Sequence record: DRR723986_615
Reading direction: 5' to 3' (one strand)
DNA length: 37,963 bases
Shown here piece by piece: positions 1 to 11,503 of this stretch. Position 1 is the stretch's first letter. Every line of letters begins with the position of its first letter. The notes under the pieces are model-generated. The model saw only the letters and a list, made by a program, of their open reading frames with translations. It had not been told where the DNA came from and did not search any database. A program made the translations under genes and the position numbers.

Positions 1-556
1 GGTGGTTGGTGGGCTCATCCAGCAACAGCACATCCGGGTTGCTGACCATGGCCTTGGCCAACATGACCTTGCGCTTCATGCCGCCTGATAATTTGGCAAA
101 GGGCAAGTCCGCAGGCAACTTCATGCGGGAAAGCATTTGATCTACTTCGCTTTCCAGATGCCATCCATGGTGCTCGCCCAATTCATGTTGTGCCACTTCA
201 AGCACTTTGGCCTGTGCGGGTGTCAAAGAATCATGATCCAGCGGACCCAGTGTGCGGCTGATGCTGATGTGTTTGCCCAAGGTACCGAAGCCTTGTGCCA
301 CCACATCAAAAATGGTGTCGTCGTGTTCCTGTGGCACGGCCTGTTCAAGGCAAGTCATGCGCAGGCCGTCCTGTTTGATCACCAGGCCGTCTTCGGGTGT
401 GGTTTCCCCGGTCAAAATGCGAAACAAGGTACTTTTGCCCGTGCCGTTTCGGCCCACCAAGGCCACGCGTTCACGCTCTTCAATTGAAAAATCAACCTGA
501 TCCAGCAGCACGGTGGTACCAATGCGGTACGTAGCGCCCTTCAAACCCAACAACAT
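1..556 (-). CDS. uup: ABC-F family ATP-binding protein (Uup-like), N-terminal part; runs off the window edge
   Basis: Not in the ORF track. Translated by hand from ATG at 556, with AAAGGA upstream: MLLGLKGATYRIGTTVLLDQVDFSIEERERVALVGRNGTGKSTLF (Walker A), then LSGGMKRKVMLAKAMVSNPDVLLLDEPTNH (signature and the ABC-F Walker B DEPTNH). The symbol is the likeliest subfamily, not certain. Confidence 0.85.
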   Translation of the reverse strand, partial: MLLGLKGATYRIGTTVLLDQVDFSIEERERVALVGRNGTGKSTLFRILTGETTPEDGLVIKQDGLRMTCLEQAVPQEHDDTIFDVVAQGFGTLGKHISISRTLGPLDHDSLTPAQAKVLEVAQHELGEHHGWHLESEVDQMLSRMKLPADLPFAKLSGGMKRKVMLAKAMVSNPDVLLLDEPTNH

Positions 557-573
557 ATGTATTCCTTTCGTAT

Positions 574-1419
574 TTATTTGGCGGTGGCCAGTGCCAATGC
601 GCAGCACAAGGCGGCATCGGGGGTGAATTGCCAGTCATTGATTGCTTCAATGCAGGCCTCGCTTGTCATTAACTGGAATGCGCCTACTTCGCCATCGCGA
701 TTCCGGGGTCGGCGCCCCTGCTTCAACTGGCCCCGAAACAGCATGACTGTTTCGTGATGCCAGCCACCATACAGCAAGGGGCGGCTTAACACCAGTTCAT
801 GGGGGGGCAACGGTTCAATCCATGCAAAATCGTCTGAATTCAACCCTGCTTCCTCGTTTAGTTCACGCCATAGGGTGCTGTCTAGGCTCTCTGCGCTGGC
901 AATACCGCCCGCAGCCAGGTTGTCGAGCATGCCGGGATTCTCGTGCTTGCTCATGGCGCGCACGCCGGTCCACACGCAACCTTTGTGATTCTCAACATGC
1001 ACATGCACGGCGCGGCTGCGAAATCCAAGCGTTTTGAACAAGGCCCGCTCAGCGGTGGCCAATACTTCACCCAGTGAATTCATCACCAGTTGCTCTTCAT
1101 GCCGCCAGCCAGGCACCAAGCCCATGGCTTTCAGCATGTTGCCAGCGCTCGCCAGTTTGGCGCTCAGTGCTTGTGGCCCGGAGGTGTGGGTACACTCAAT
1201 ACCCAGGCTGGTGACTGTGCAGGTCAAGCCCGCCGCGTTGAATACCTTCTCAAAGGTTTGCTGGTGTTGGGTGTCCCAATGGCCCAAATGCTCGCCATTG
1301 AGCAACCACGGGGTAAATTGCTGCGCCATCGCGCAGGTATCGTCCCTCCAGCGGCTGACAAATGGTTGAAATTGCACTGGCAGGGTGTTTTGCAACCAGG
1401 CTTTGCTCGCGTCAATCAT
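574..1419 (-). CDS. Nudix hydrolase with N-terminal DUF4743-like region
   Basis: Perfect Nudix box GGIASAESLDSTLWRELNEEAGL (GX5EX7REUXEEXGU). Also GWRHE, ERA, PGMLDNLAAGG and RNRDGEV motifs typical of the DUF4743 family. Confidence 0.85.
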   Translation of the reverse strand: MIDASKAWLQNTLPVQFQPFVSRWRDDTCAMAQQFTPWLLNGEHLGHWDTQHQQTFEKVFNAAGLTCTVTSLGIECTHTSGPQALSAKLASAGNMLKAMGLVPGWRHEEQLVMNSLGEVLATAERALFKTLGFRSRAVHVHVENHKGCVWTGVRAMSKHENPGMLDNLAAGGIASAESLDSTLWRELNEEAGLNSDDFAWIEPLPPHELVLSRPLLYGGWHHETVMLFRGQLKQGRRPRNRDGEVGAFQLMTSEACIEAINDWQFTPDAALCCALALATAK

Positions 1420-1429
1420 GGCACGGCCT

Positions 1430-2554
1430 TCAGGTTTGAATCAGCTTTTTGGTGTTTTGAATACTCATCAAAATACCCGCACCCATTCCCAGCGTAACCA
1501 TGGCCGTACCGCCGTAGCTCATCAGTGGCAGGGGAACTCCAACCACTGGCAAAATACCGCTGACCATACCAATGTTCACAAAGGCATAGGTGAAAAAAAT
1601 CAAGGCCATGGCACCGGCCATCAGGCGTGAAAACAAAGTGGGTGCATTGCCGGCAATCACCAGGCCCCGAATAATCAGGCAGGTGTAGAGCGTCAACAGA
1701 ACCAGGCAGCCCAGCAAGCCAAACTCCTCGGCGAGTACTGCAAAAATAAAGTCTGTCGTGCGTTCGGGAATAAATTCAAGGTGTGTTTGGGTACCCTGCA
1801 AAAAACCTTTGCCGGTAAATCCACCCGAGCCCACTGCCACGGTGGATTGAATAATGTGAAACCCCTTGCCAAGTGGGTCTTGCGTGGGGTCCAGCAGGGT
1901 GAGCACCCGCTGGCGCTGGTAGTCGTGCATTAATGTCCAGAACAGGGGAAGACTGGCCAAAAACAAGCCAGTGAGCCAAGCGATCACTTTCCACGACAAA
2001 CCTGCAAAGAAAATGACAAAGAAGCCTGAGCCCAACACCAGCAGGGCAGTTCCCAAGTCGGGTTGTTTGAGAATCAAAATGCCCGGAATGGCCAAAATCA
2101 CTGAAGCCACGGCGAATTCTCGCCAGCCAGATACGTTCTCGCGCTGCTGGAAAAACCAGGCCAGCATCAGCGGCATGGAAATTTTCATGATTTCCGAGGG
2201 CTGGATCCGGATAAAACCCAGGTTTAGCCAACGCTGCGCCCCTTTGGAAATGTCGCCGAACAATTCAACAGCAACCAGCAAAATGACTCCAACGACGTAC
2301 AGAGGTACAGCGATTCGCATCAAAAACTGGGGTTTTAGGTTGGCGGTCACCCACATCACCATGAATGCAATCAGCAAATTGCGCGAATGGTCTATAAATC
2401 GACCCTCGAAATCGAATGCAGCGCTGTACTGAGTGATCAAGGCAAACACAACCAAAGACAGCAAAATCGTACTGAGCACCGGATCAAACACGGTCAGGAA
2501 TGGTTTGATGCGTGGCCAAATGGGTTCGCGCTGAATGGCACGGGCTCGGTTCAC
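1430..2554 (-). CDS. rodA: Rod shape-determining SEDS glycosyltransferase RodA
   Basis: GAQRWL, IQPSEIMK, QPDLGT, PERTTDFIF and PLMSYGGT motifs; directly follows mrdA. Confidence 0.97.
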   Translation of the reverse strand: MNRARAIQREPIWPRIKPFLTVFDPVLSTILLSLVVFALITQYSAAFDFEGRFIDHSRNLLIAFMVMWVTANLKPQFLMRIAVPLYVVGVILLVAVELFGDISKGAQRWLNLGFIRIQPSEIMKISMPLMLAWFFQQRENVSGWREFAVASVILAIPGILILKQPDLGTALLVLGSGFFVIFFAGLSWKVIAWLTGLFLASLPLFWTLMHDYQRQRVLTLLDPTQDPLGKGFHIIQSTVAVGSGGFTGKGFLQGTQTHLEFIPERTTDFIFAVLAEEFGLLGCLVLLTLYTCLIIRGLVIAGNAPTLFSRLMAGAMALIFFTYAFVNIGMVSGILPVVGVPLPLMSYGGTAMVTLGMGAGILMSIQNTKKLIQT

Positions 2555-4485
2555 GGCTGTGGCTCCAGATTGGTCGTTTGGCTGGCTGCCGGTTCGGGGG
2601 TCTCAGACAGTGGCAATGCGACGGAGGGGTTGTTCTCTGCTTCAATCTGCCAATAAGTGTCCAACACTTTTTTAATGGCAGGCGCCGCAGATTGACTGCC
2701 AAATCCACCGTTCTCTACAATGGCGGCCAAGGCAATTCTCGGTTGTTCCATGGGTGAAAATGCAATAAACCAGCCGTGGTCTCGCAGTCGCTCTGCCGAG
2801 GCTGCACGGTCTTTGTAGGTTTCGCCCTGCTTGAGTCCAAACACCTGCGCTGTTCCTGTTTTGCCGGCCACTTCGTAGCTGACGTCCCTGAAAACCCCGC
2901 GAGCTGTGCCTTCCAGCACCGCGCCTCGCATGCCCAACTTGACTGAGTCCACATGCCGTTGTTGCAAGTTTAGCTGTTTAAAAGCTTCCAGTGGTTTTTC
3001 GGTCACTTGGCCGTTGACCGGGTTCTGGAAGGCCCGAACCAGCCGAGGTGTCGCGTTCATGCCGCCACTGGCCAGCACCGCTGTTGCGTGGGCCAATTGT
3101 AGCGGGGTGTAGTTGTTGTAGCCTTGCCCAATCGCCACTGAAATGGTTTCGCCCGAGTACCAACGCTGCGCCTCGGCTTTCTTGAAGGCGCCTGCTTTCC
3201 ATTCTCGAGAGGGAAGTACACCCGTGCGTTCGCCATCCAGGTCAATACCGGTGCGCGAGCCAAAACCAAAGCGACCCATGAACTCCGAAATAATATCGAT
3301 GCCCATCTCGCTGCCCAGCATGTAGTAGTAGGTGTTGCACGACTCGGCAATTGATTTGTACATGTCCACCATGCCGTGGCCGCCAATTTTGTCGTCCATG
3401 AATCGGCGTGAGCCAAAATCAAAATAACCGGGGTCGCGCAGCGTGCTCGATGCGGTGCGGAACCCCCGCTCCAATGCAGCCAGCGCCATGAATGGTTTGA
3501 AAGTGGAGCCGGGCGGGTAGGTGCCTGCCAAGGGGCGGTTCAACAGTGGGCGGTCAATGCTTTCATTGAGCAATTTCCAGTTTTCGGAATCAATGCCTTC
3601 CACAAACAGGTTGGGGTCAAAACTGGGCGCACTCACCATGGCCAGAATGTCGCCATTGCGCGGGTCGATTGCCACCAGAGCGCCTCGTTTGCCTTCCAGT
3701 GCCTTCTCAGCCGCTTCTTGCAGGCGGATATCAATCGACAGCATCAGGTTTTCGCCAGGTACAGCAGGTGAACGCGACAACACGCGCACGGCTCGGCCGC
3801 CCGCGGAAGTTTCTACCTCTTCAAAGCCGGTTCGCCCATGCAGCTCAGTTTCATAGCGCTTCTCAAGTCCGTCTTTGCCAATGTAGGCAGTACCCCGATA
3901 GTTGTTGGTTTGGTCCAGTTCTTCGATTCGTTCCTGATCACGCGCAGAGATCCGACCAATGTAGCCCAGCAAGTGTGCGGCATGAGGACCGTAAGGGTAC
4001 TGACGGAAAAGGCGTGCGCGAATTTCAACGCCTGGGAACCGGAAACTTTGCACCGCGAAACGGGCGACTTCTTCATCGGTGAGGCGCGTGCGAATCGGGA
4101 TGGATTCAAACCGTTTGGATTCCGCGCGCAGTTTTTTGAATCGTCTGCGGTCCAGTGCTGAAATTTCTACAATTTTGCCCAACTCGTCGATCATCTCGTT
4201 CAGATTGTCGATTTTCGAAGGCGTGATTTCCAGCGTGTAGGCCGAGTAATTGTTGGCCAGTACCACGCCATTGCGGTCCAGAATCAGGCCCCGGTTCGGC
4301 ACCAGTGGAACAATTGTAATTCGGTTGTCTTCTGCTTTGGATTGGTACTTCTCGTAGCTGATGACCTGCAACCACAACAAGCGCGCTATCAACACAAAAA
4401 ACAGCAGCACCACAAAGAGCCCGGCCAGAAACAACCGGAACCGGAACTGTTTGATGGCTTGTTCTGGGTGGTTAAACTCGGTCAT
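2551..4485 (-). CDS. mrdA: Penicillin-binding protein 2
   Basis: N-terminal TM segment; STFK (SxxK), SCN (SxN) and KTG motifs; lies between mreD and rodA. Confidence 0.97.
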   Translation of the reverse strand: MTEFNHPEQAIKQFRFRLFLAGLFVVLLFFVLIARLLWLQVISYEKYQSKAEDNRITIVPLVPNRGLILDRNGVVLANNYSAYTLEITPSKIDNLNEMIDELGKIVEISALDRRRFKKLRAESKRFESIPIRTRLTDEEVARFAVQSFRFPGVEIRARLFRQYPYGPHAAHLLGYIGRISARDQERIEELDQTNNYRGTAYIGKDGLEKRYETELHGRTGFEEVETSAGGRAVRVLSRSPAVPGENLMLSIDIRLQEAAEKALEGKRGALVAIDPRNGDILAMVSAPSFDPNLFVEGIDSENWKLLNESIDRPLLNRPLAGTYPPGSTFKPFMALAALERGFRTASSTLRDPGYFDFGSRRFMDDKIGGHGMVDMYKSIAESCNTYYYMLGSEMGIDIISEFMGRFGFGSRTGIDLDGERTGVLPSREWKAGAFKKAEAQRWYSGETISVAIGQGYNNYTPLQLAHATAVLASGGMNATPRLVRAFQNPVNGQVTEKPLEAFKQLNLQQRHVDSVKLGMRGAVLEGTARGVFRDVSYEVAGKTGTAQVFGLKQGETYKDRAASAERLRDHGWFIAFSPMEQPRIALAAIVENGGFGSQSAAPAIKKVLDTYWQIEAENNPSVALPLSETPEPAASQTTNLEPQP

Positions 4486-5006
4486 ATCGGGCGGTCGTTG
4501 TCACGGTTTTCCGGAAGCTTTTGTGGGGCCAGCAACAAGAACTGTGTCAGCGGCCACAAGGCGGCTGTTAGCACGCTCTCCGCGAAAACCCAGGCACCCG
4601 GGAAGCTGCCACCGAACATCACCCGAATCACGACCGTGATCGCCTGGGCAGCCAGCAGTAACGGGAAAATATGGGCCGCTTGCATCATCGGGGAAAACCA
4701 CATCACCCGGCGGTGAATAGTAATTGCGAAGTAAGACAGCAGGGTGTAGGCCAAAGCATGTTCACCAAACACGCTGGCCGAATGCACGTCGACTGCTGCG
4801 CCAAAGCACCAGGCCACGCCAATTCCGATTCGTCGCGGTTGTCGAATATTCCAGAACACAAGCACCAAAGCCAGTAAATCAGGGGTGACCCAATTTCGGT
4901 CGATAGGAATGAACTTGAACAGCAACGCCGCAAGCAAAGAGAATGCGATGAACCATGGGTTCACCGGACGCAAAATTTCGGAGTTGCCAAACGGGTTAAT
5001 TGCCAT
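4482..5006 (-). CDS. mreD: Rod shape-determining protein MreD
   Basis: Hydrophobic protein with PDLLALVLVFW. Start moved to ATG 5006 (MAINPF..., GGAGG upstream), which overlaps the end of mreC. Confidence 0.92.
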   Translation of the reverse strand: MAINPFGNSEILRPVNPWFIAFSLLAALLFKFIPIDRNWVTPDLLALVLVFWNIRQPRRIGIGVAWCFGAAVDVHSASVFGEHALAYTLLSYFAITIHRRVMWFSPMMQAAHIFPLLLAAQAITVVIRVMFGGSFPGAWVFAESVLTAALWPLTQFLLLAPQKLPENRDNDRPI

Positions 5007-5985
5007 TGCCAGCCTCCGTGGTGTTTTTCGGATTGGGGGCGGTGGCGGGTGCTGCGTTGGTTGCGGGTGTGCTGGCCGATCCTGTGTTCGGTGCAATATT
5101 CCCCGGCATGGGTGCACTGGTGGCTGGCTGCATGTCGGTTGCAATTTTTTCGCGGAAGGTGTCGAGCACCAGCACAAACCGGTGTCGCTCTACGCCGGCA
5201 ATGGGTTCACAAAAAATACTGGCAAAGGCATAACGCGAATTTCGTTCGACCCGGATGACCCTCGCCACGGGAATTCCTCTGGGGTATACGCCGTCAAGCC
5301 CCGATGTCACCAGCAGGTCATTGTTTTCAATGTCGGCGTTGGCGGCCATGAAGCGAAGTTCAATCAGCCCGCCGTCCAGCCCGCCATAAGCCACGCTGCG
5401 AATGCCATTCCTCAGGTTTTCAACGGGGATAATCTGTTCTTTGTCGGTGATCAGGCTGACCTCGGCCCGGCTTGGAAATGCACGGGTCACCTGGCCCAAC
5501 AAGCCCAATTCGTCGATCACCGGCATGCCTTCCTTCACACCCTGAATCAAACCCTTGCCAATGATGATTTTGCGTGAGAACGGGTCGCGCGCGTCGCTGA
5601 CGATCTCGCTGAGTATGGAGCGCTTTACTTTCAGTGTGTTGCCCACATTCATGAGTTTGCGCAGCTTTTCGTTTTCCTGGCGCAAGGTTTCGAGTTCGTG
5701 CAGACGTTGCTTGTCTTGGAGTTGCTCGAGAATCAGGGTTTTGTTTTCAGATTGAAGTGTGTTGAGTGAAGTCAGGTAATCAACCCCACTCTGGCTCCAC
5801 TCAATGGGCAGACTGGCAATTTTTTGTAGAGGGTACAGTACGGTGCCCACCGCCTTGCGCACTACTTCCATCGCGGCAAAGCGTGAGTCAAGAAACAGCA
5901 AACCCACCGACAGTGCGACAAAAAAGGCCAGCCGCACGCGTGCGGATGGGCCTTGTTTGAACAACGGTGGTGGTGTGTACTCCAT
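4996..5985 (-). CDS. mreC: Rod shape-determining protein MreC
   Basis: TM segment, coiled coil (ENEKLRKL), LVTSGLDGVYPRGIPVA motif, Pro/Ala/Thr-rich tail; position in the mre operon. Confidence 0.96.
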   Translation of the reverse strand: MEYTPPPLFKQGPSARVRLAFFVALSVGLLFLDSRFAAMEVVRKAVGTVLYPLQKIASLPIEWSQSGVDYLTSLNTLQSENKTLILEQLQDKQRLHELETLRQENEKLRKLMNVGNTLKVKRSILSEIVSDARDPFSRKIIIGKGLIQGVKEGMPVIDELGLLGQVTRAFPSRAEVSLITDKEQIIPVENLRNGIRSVAYGGLDGGLIELRFMAANADIENNDLLVTSGLDGVYPRGIPVARVIRVERNSRYAFASIFCEPIAGVERHRFVLVLDTFREKIATDMQPATSAPMPGNIAPNTGSASTPATNAAPATAPNPKNTTEAGNGN

Positions 5986-6050
5986 AGGCTTTTAGCCGGT
6001 TCAATGCAGGGGCTATGTGACAAGCCGGAGTTCGAACCGTTTTACGTTAC

Positions 6051-7103
<1,053 letters not shown>

Positions 7104-7327
7104 CTAACCTGTGTTGTGTAGTTGGAGAGCTGCCAAGCCCGCGAAGCTCAAAGTTGTCTAGAAGTTGTCCGGTTCGCCACTATTTATGGGACTTCACTTG
7201 TCAAGTGGCGTAACTACCGATGATAACCTATAAAATAAGCAGACTTTGATCAACACAGACTTTCACCAAGCGGCTTTTGCATCAATTAGAAGCGATGCTC
7301 AGGCCTGCTGGTCGGCGGAGAAAATTT

Positions 7328-7627
7328 ATGTCCCTGGATTCCGGACAAATTGCGAAAATTGCTGCGTTGTCGCGCCTTAAGCTGGCGCCTGAGCAAGCCC
7401 AGGCCCTGGAGCAGCAACTGAACAATATTATGCAATTGGCCGATCGTTTGAGCAGCGAAAACACCGAAGGTGTCGAGCCACTCTCGCACCCCCTTGCATT
7501 GATTCAGCCCGTGGCCCTGCGTCTTCGGGAAGACGCAGTGACCGAGGCTGACAATCGCACTGCCAATATGGTCAACGCACCGGCCGCCGAGAAAAGTTTG
7601 TTTTTGGTGCCCAAGGTTATTGAGTAA
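7328..7627 (+). CDS. gatC: Asp/Glu-tRNA amidotransferase subunit C
   Basis: IAKIAALSRL, LREDAVTE and FLVPKVIE motifs. ATG 7328 chosen because GGAG lies upstream; precedes gatA. Confidence 0.95.
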   Translation: MSLDSGQIAKIAALSRLKLAPEQAQALEQQLNNIMQLADRLSSENTEGVEPLSHPLALIQPVALRLREDAVTEADNRTANMVNAPAAEKSLFLVPKVIE

Positions 7628-7690
7628 TCGGTGATCAAGAATTCAGTCCCCTAATTTAAGAAAATTCGATATTGGAATGTGGTTTTAAGC

Positions 7691-9175
7691 ATGTCATCCA
7701 GAATTCAAAGTATTTCCCAGCTGCGCGCCTTGCTGGACGAGAAAAAAACCAGTGCCGTAGAGTTGGCGCAAGATGCTTTGCGCCAAGCTGGTGAGCATTC
7801 CAGTCTGAACGCATTTGTCGACATTCGCGATGACCTCACCCTGCAACAGGCCAAAGTCGCCGATGAACGTTTGGCTGCTGGGGAAACTGGCGCACTCTTG
7901 GGTATTCCAACCGCACACAAAGACATTTTCGTGACCAGGGGCTGGACCAGCACAGCAGGCTCCAAAATGCTGGCTGGTTATCAAAGTCCCTTTGATGCCG
8001 AAGTGGTTGCCCGCTTGAATGCGGCCGGTACGGTGAACATTGGCAAATTGAATTGCGATGAATTCGCGATGGGGTCATCGAATGAAAAAAGTGCCTATGG
8101 CCCTTGCCTGAACCCTTGGGACACCTTGGCTGTGCCTGGCGGTTCTTCGGGCGGGTCAGCCGTGGCAGTGGCTGCGGGCGTTGTCCCATTCTCAACGGGT
8201 ACGGATACCGGGGGCTCCATTCGCCAGCCAGCGTCTCTGTGCGGAATCACGGGTATCAAACCCACTTACGGCAGTTGCAGCCGCTACGGCATGATTGCCT
8301 ATGCCAGCAGCCTGGACCAGGCTGGACCCATGGCACACAGCGCTCGCGATTGCGCGCTGGTGCTCAATGCCATGGTGGGTTTTGATGAGAAAGACAGCAC
8401 CAGTGTGCAAAGGCCAGTGCCGAATGAAGACTTTACGGCGGGCTTTGGAAAGCCATTGCGAAACGGTGATGCCTCCAAGCCCTTGGCTGGAGTCCGTGTG
8501 GGCTTGCCCGCTGAGTTTTTTGGTGAGGGTTTGGCTGCGGATGTGCGCTCCCCAATTGACGATGCGCTCAAGCAGCTGGAAGCCTTGGGTGCCTCGCTGG
8601 TGAACATCAGCTTGCCGCGTACCGAATTGTCCATTCCTGCTTATTATGTGATTGCGCCTGCTGAAGCAAGCTCCAACCTGTCCCGTTTTGATGGCGTGCG
8701 TTACGGGCACCGCGCAGCCGAATACACCGATCTGAAATCCATGTACGAGAATTCGCGCAGCGAGGGCTTTGGCCTTGAAGTACAGCGCCGAATCATGGTG
8801 GGTGCGTATGTGCTGTCTCATGGTTATTACGATGCGTATTACCTTCAAGCCCAGAAAATTCGCCGACTCATTGCGCAAGACTTTCAAGCGGCTTTCCAGC
8901 AATGCGATTTCATTGCTGGCCCGGTTAGCCCCACAGTCGCCTGGAATTTGGGCGAGAAGTCAGCTGACCCGGTGCAAATGTACTTGGCCGACATTTACAC
9001 GCTCAGCACCAGTTTGGCTGGTTTGCCCGGGATGAGCGTGCCAGTGGGCTTTGGCGAGAAAAATCGCCCTGTCGGCATGCAATTAATTGGTAATTATTTC
9101 AAGGAAGGGGAATTGCTGGCGCTGGCTGACCATTATCAAGCCGCCACCGATTGGCACCTTCGTACTCCGTCTTAA
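7691..9175 (+). CDS. gatA: Asp/Glu-tRNA amidotransferase subunit A
   Basis: Amidase signature GGSSGGSA and [25 protein letters not shown]. Start may be GTG 7679. Confidence 0.98.
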   Translation: MSSRIQSISQLRALLDEKKTSAVELAQDALRQAGEHSSLNAFVDIRDDLTLQQAKVADERLAAGETGALLGIPTAHKDIFVTRGWTSTAGSKMLAGYQSPFDAEVVARLNAAGTVNIGKLNCDEFAMGSSNEKSAYGPCLNPWDTLAVPGGSSGGSAVAVAAGVVPFSTGTDTGGSIRQPASLCGITGIKPTYGSCSRYGMIAYASSLDQAGPMAHSARDCALVLNAMVGFDEKDSTSVQRPVPNEDFTAGFGKPLRNGDASKPLAGVRVGLPAEFFGEGLAADVRSPIDDALKQLEALGASLVNISLPRTELSIPAYYVIAPAEASSNLSRFDGVRYGHRAAEYTDLKSMYENSRSEGFGLEVQRRIMVGAYVLSHGYYDAYYLQAQKIRRLIAQDFQAAFQQCDFIAGPVSPTVAWNLGEKSADPVQMYLADIYTLSTSLAGLPGMSVPVGFGEKNRPVGMQLIGNYFKEGELLALADHYQAATDWHLRTPS

Positions 9176-9190
9176 TAAAGGGATCGCACC

Positions 9191-10630
9191 ATGCAATGGG
9201 AAATTGTGGTGGGTCTTGAAACCCACACCCAGTTAACAACCGAATCGAAAATTTTTTCGGGTGCCAGCACCGCTTTTGGTGCCGAGCCCAACGCTCAGGC
9301 CTGCGCCGTGGATTTGGCCTTGCCGGGTGTGTTGCCGGTCATGAACAAGGCTGCCGTTCAGCGCGCCATTCAATTTGGTTTGGCTGTGGGCGCCAAAGTG
9401 GCGGAGCACTCGGTGTTCGCCCGCAAAAACTATTTCTACCCGGACTTGCCCAAGGGCTATCAAATCAGTCAGTTTGAAATTCCGGTGGTGCAGGGTGGCT
9501 CTGTTAGTTTCCTGTTGGGCGATCAAATGAAAACCGTGCGTTTGGTGCGGGCGCATCTGGAAGAGGACGCGGGCAAAAGCCTGCACGAGGATTTTGCCGG
9601 TCAGTCGGGCATTGACTTGAACCGCGCAGGTACGCCCCTGCTGGAAATTGTGACAGAGCCCGACATGCGTTCGGCCGAAGAGGCGGTGGCCTACGCCAAA
9701 ACCCTTCACACCTTGGTCACTTGGCTGGGAATTTGCGATGGCAATATGCAGGAAGGCAGTTTCCGTTGTGATGCCAACGTGTCTGTTCGCCCCAAAGGCG
9801 AAACCAAGCTGGGTACTCGCTGCGAGATCAAAAACCTGAACAGCTTCAAGTTTTTGCAGGCTGCCATTTTGTATGAGGCACAGCGGCAAATCGAAATCAT
9901 TGAAGATGGTGGCGTGATCAAACAGGAAACCCGTCTTTACGATCCTGATCGCAATGAGACCCGTTCCATGCGCAGCAAGGAAGATTCGGAAGATTACCGT
10001 TATTTCCCCGATCCCGACCTTCCCCCATTGGTCATTTCTCCGGAATGGGTGGAGCGGGTTCGTGCCGAGATGCCCGAGCTGCCCGGTCAGAAGCAGACTC
10101 GCTACCAAAGCGAGCTGGGTTTGAGTGAATATGATGCGGTGACGCTCACGGCCAGTCGTGCGATGACCGATTATTTTGAGGCTGCTTTGGCCCAAGCTGG
10201 CAATGACAAAGCCAAGCCCTTGGCCAATTGGTTGCTGGGCGAGTTTTCTGCCAGCCTGAACCGTGACGACAAAACCCCTGCGGAATCGCCAATTACACCT
10301 GCCTTGATGGCGGCCTTGGTGAAACGTGTGGTGGATGGCACTTTGAACAACAAAACTGCGAAAGTGGTGTTTGCAGCTTTGTGGGATGGCAAGTACAGCG
10401 ATGTCGATGCTTGTATCAAGGGCGAGGGTTTGGAGCAAATCTCCGACTCGGGTGCCGTTGAAAAAATGATTGACGATGTGCTGGCTGCCCACCCGGGTCC
10501 CGTGGCTGAATACAAAGCGGGCAAAGAAGCGTCATTTAACTTTCTGGTGGGGCAGATCATGCGTGCAGCGCGTGGAAAGGCAAACCCGGCGCAGGTGAAT
10601 GAGATTTTGAAAGCCAAGTTGAGTGCGTGA
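9191..10630 (+). CDS. gatB: Asp/Glu-tRNA amidotransferase subunit B
   Basis: [33 protein letters not shown] and [10 protein letters not shown] motifs. Confidence 0.98.
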   Translation: MQWEIVVGLETHTQLTTESKIFSGASTAFGAEPNAQACAVDLALPGVLPVMNKAAVQRAIQFGLAVGAKVAEHSVFARKNYFYPDLPKGYQISQFEIPVVQGGSVSFLLGDQMKTVRLVRAHLEEDAGKSLHEDFAGQSGIDLNRAGTPLLEIVTEPDMRSAEEAVAYAKTLHTLVTWLGICDGNMQEGSFRCDANVSVRPKGETKLGTRCEIKNLNSFKFLQAAILYEAQRQIEIIEDGGVIKQETRLYDPDRNETRSMRSKEDSEDYRYFPDPDLPPLVISPEWVERVRAEMPELPGQKQTRYQSELGLSEYDAVTLTASRAMTDYFEAALAQAGNDKAKPLANWLLGEFSASLNRDDKTPAESPITPALMAALVKRVVDGTLNNKTAKVVFAALWDGKYSDVDACIKGEGLEQISDSGAVEKMIDDVLAAHPGPVAEYKAGKEASFNFLVGQIMRAARGKANPAQVNEILKAKLSA

Positions 10631-10696
10631 TTCCTTCGCCAACCCGACGGGGTTGCCTGCTTCCTCACTGAAAACCGCCTGATCAGCGCGCCATCC

Positions 10697-11479
10697 TCAA
10701 AGCGGATGGTCGTAATCCGCAATCAACGGCGCGTGATCCGAAAACTTCTGCGCTTTGTAAACACTCACCTCTTGAATCTTCTCGCGTAAAGCCGGGCTTA
10801 CCATTTGGTAGTCGATCCGCCACCCCACGTTTTTGGCGTAGGCCTGCCCCCGGTTGCTCCACCAAGTGTAACAACCCTCAGTTTCTTCGGGGTAGAGCAC
10901 GCGGTAGGCATCTACCCAGCCGCGTTTTTCAATCACTGCACCGATCCAAGCACGTTCTTCGGGGGTAAAACCACTGTTCTTCAAATTGCCTTTCCAGTTC
11001 TTGAGGTCAATTTCCTTGTGGGCAATATTCCAGTCGCCGCACAGTATTACAGGTTTCCTTTTTGATTCAAATTCGTCAAAAACCTGTTCAAAGTGATCTA
11101 AAAATCGAAATTTAGCTTCTTGGCGTTCTTCCGAGCTGCTACCTGACGGGAAATAGATGGATGACACAATCATGTTTTCGAATTCGGCCGTGACCATGCG
11201 TCCTTCTGCGTCGAATTCAGTGTTATTTAGTCCGTAAATTACATTAAGTGGCTCTACTTTGCAGTAAAGGCCAACACCGCTGTAGCCCTTTTTTTCTGCA
11301 GCCTGAAAGTAGCCTTTGTACATTCCGGGTTGCAAGTGCTCAGGTCCAAGGTCCGCCAGGTGGGCTTTGATCTCCTGTACGCACACCACATCGGCCTGGC
11401 TTTGGTTCATCCAGTCGAAAAACCCTTTTGTGTGGGCAGAACGAATTCCATTCAGATTTGCTGAGATAATGCGGGTCAT
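10697..11479 (-). CDS. xth: Exodeoxyribonuclease III / AP endonuclease family protein
   Basis: ISANLNGIRS, CVQEIK, GYSGVG, GDWNIAH, YTWWS, GWRIDY and SDHAP motifs. Confidence 0.93.
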   Translation of the reverse strand: MTRIISANLNGIRSAHTKGFFDWMNQSQADVVCVQEIKAHLADLGPEHLQPGMYKGYFQAAEKKGYSGVGLYCKVEPLNVIYGLNNTEFDAEGRMVTAEFENMIVSSIYFPSGSSSEERQEAKFRFLDHFEQVFDEFESKRKPVILCGDWNIAHKEIDLKNWKGNLKNSGFTPEERAWIGAVIEKRGWVDAYRVLYPEETEGCYTWWSNRGQAYAKNVGWRIDYQMVSPALREKIQEVSVYKAQKFSDHAPLIADYDHPL

Positions 11480-11503
11480 TGTGTAACGTCAGTTTTTTAG
11501 GGA

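Noticed and set aside
137..500. Plus-strand ORFs at the window start
   Set aside because: They are shadows of the minus-strand ABC-F gene, which the ORF track missed because its stop lies outside the window.
5007..5177. Long N-terminal extensions in the ORF track (mreD; also gatC, dac, ferredoxin, hslU, glmS)
   Set aside because: Artefacts of taking the first possible start. Downstream starts fit RBS positions and family N-termini better.
9233..10492. 419-aa antisense ORF inside gatB
   Set aside because: It mirrors gatB codon for codon, as expected from codon bias, and has no recognisable motifs or RBS.
10640..10655. Hairpin CAACCC-GACG-GGGTTG after gatB as a terminator or REP element
   Set aside because: Short stem, no U tract, and no second copy noticed in the window.
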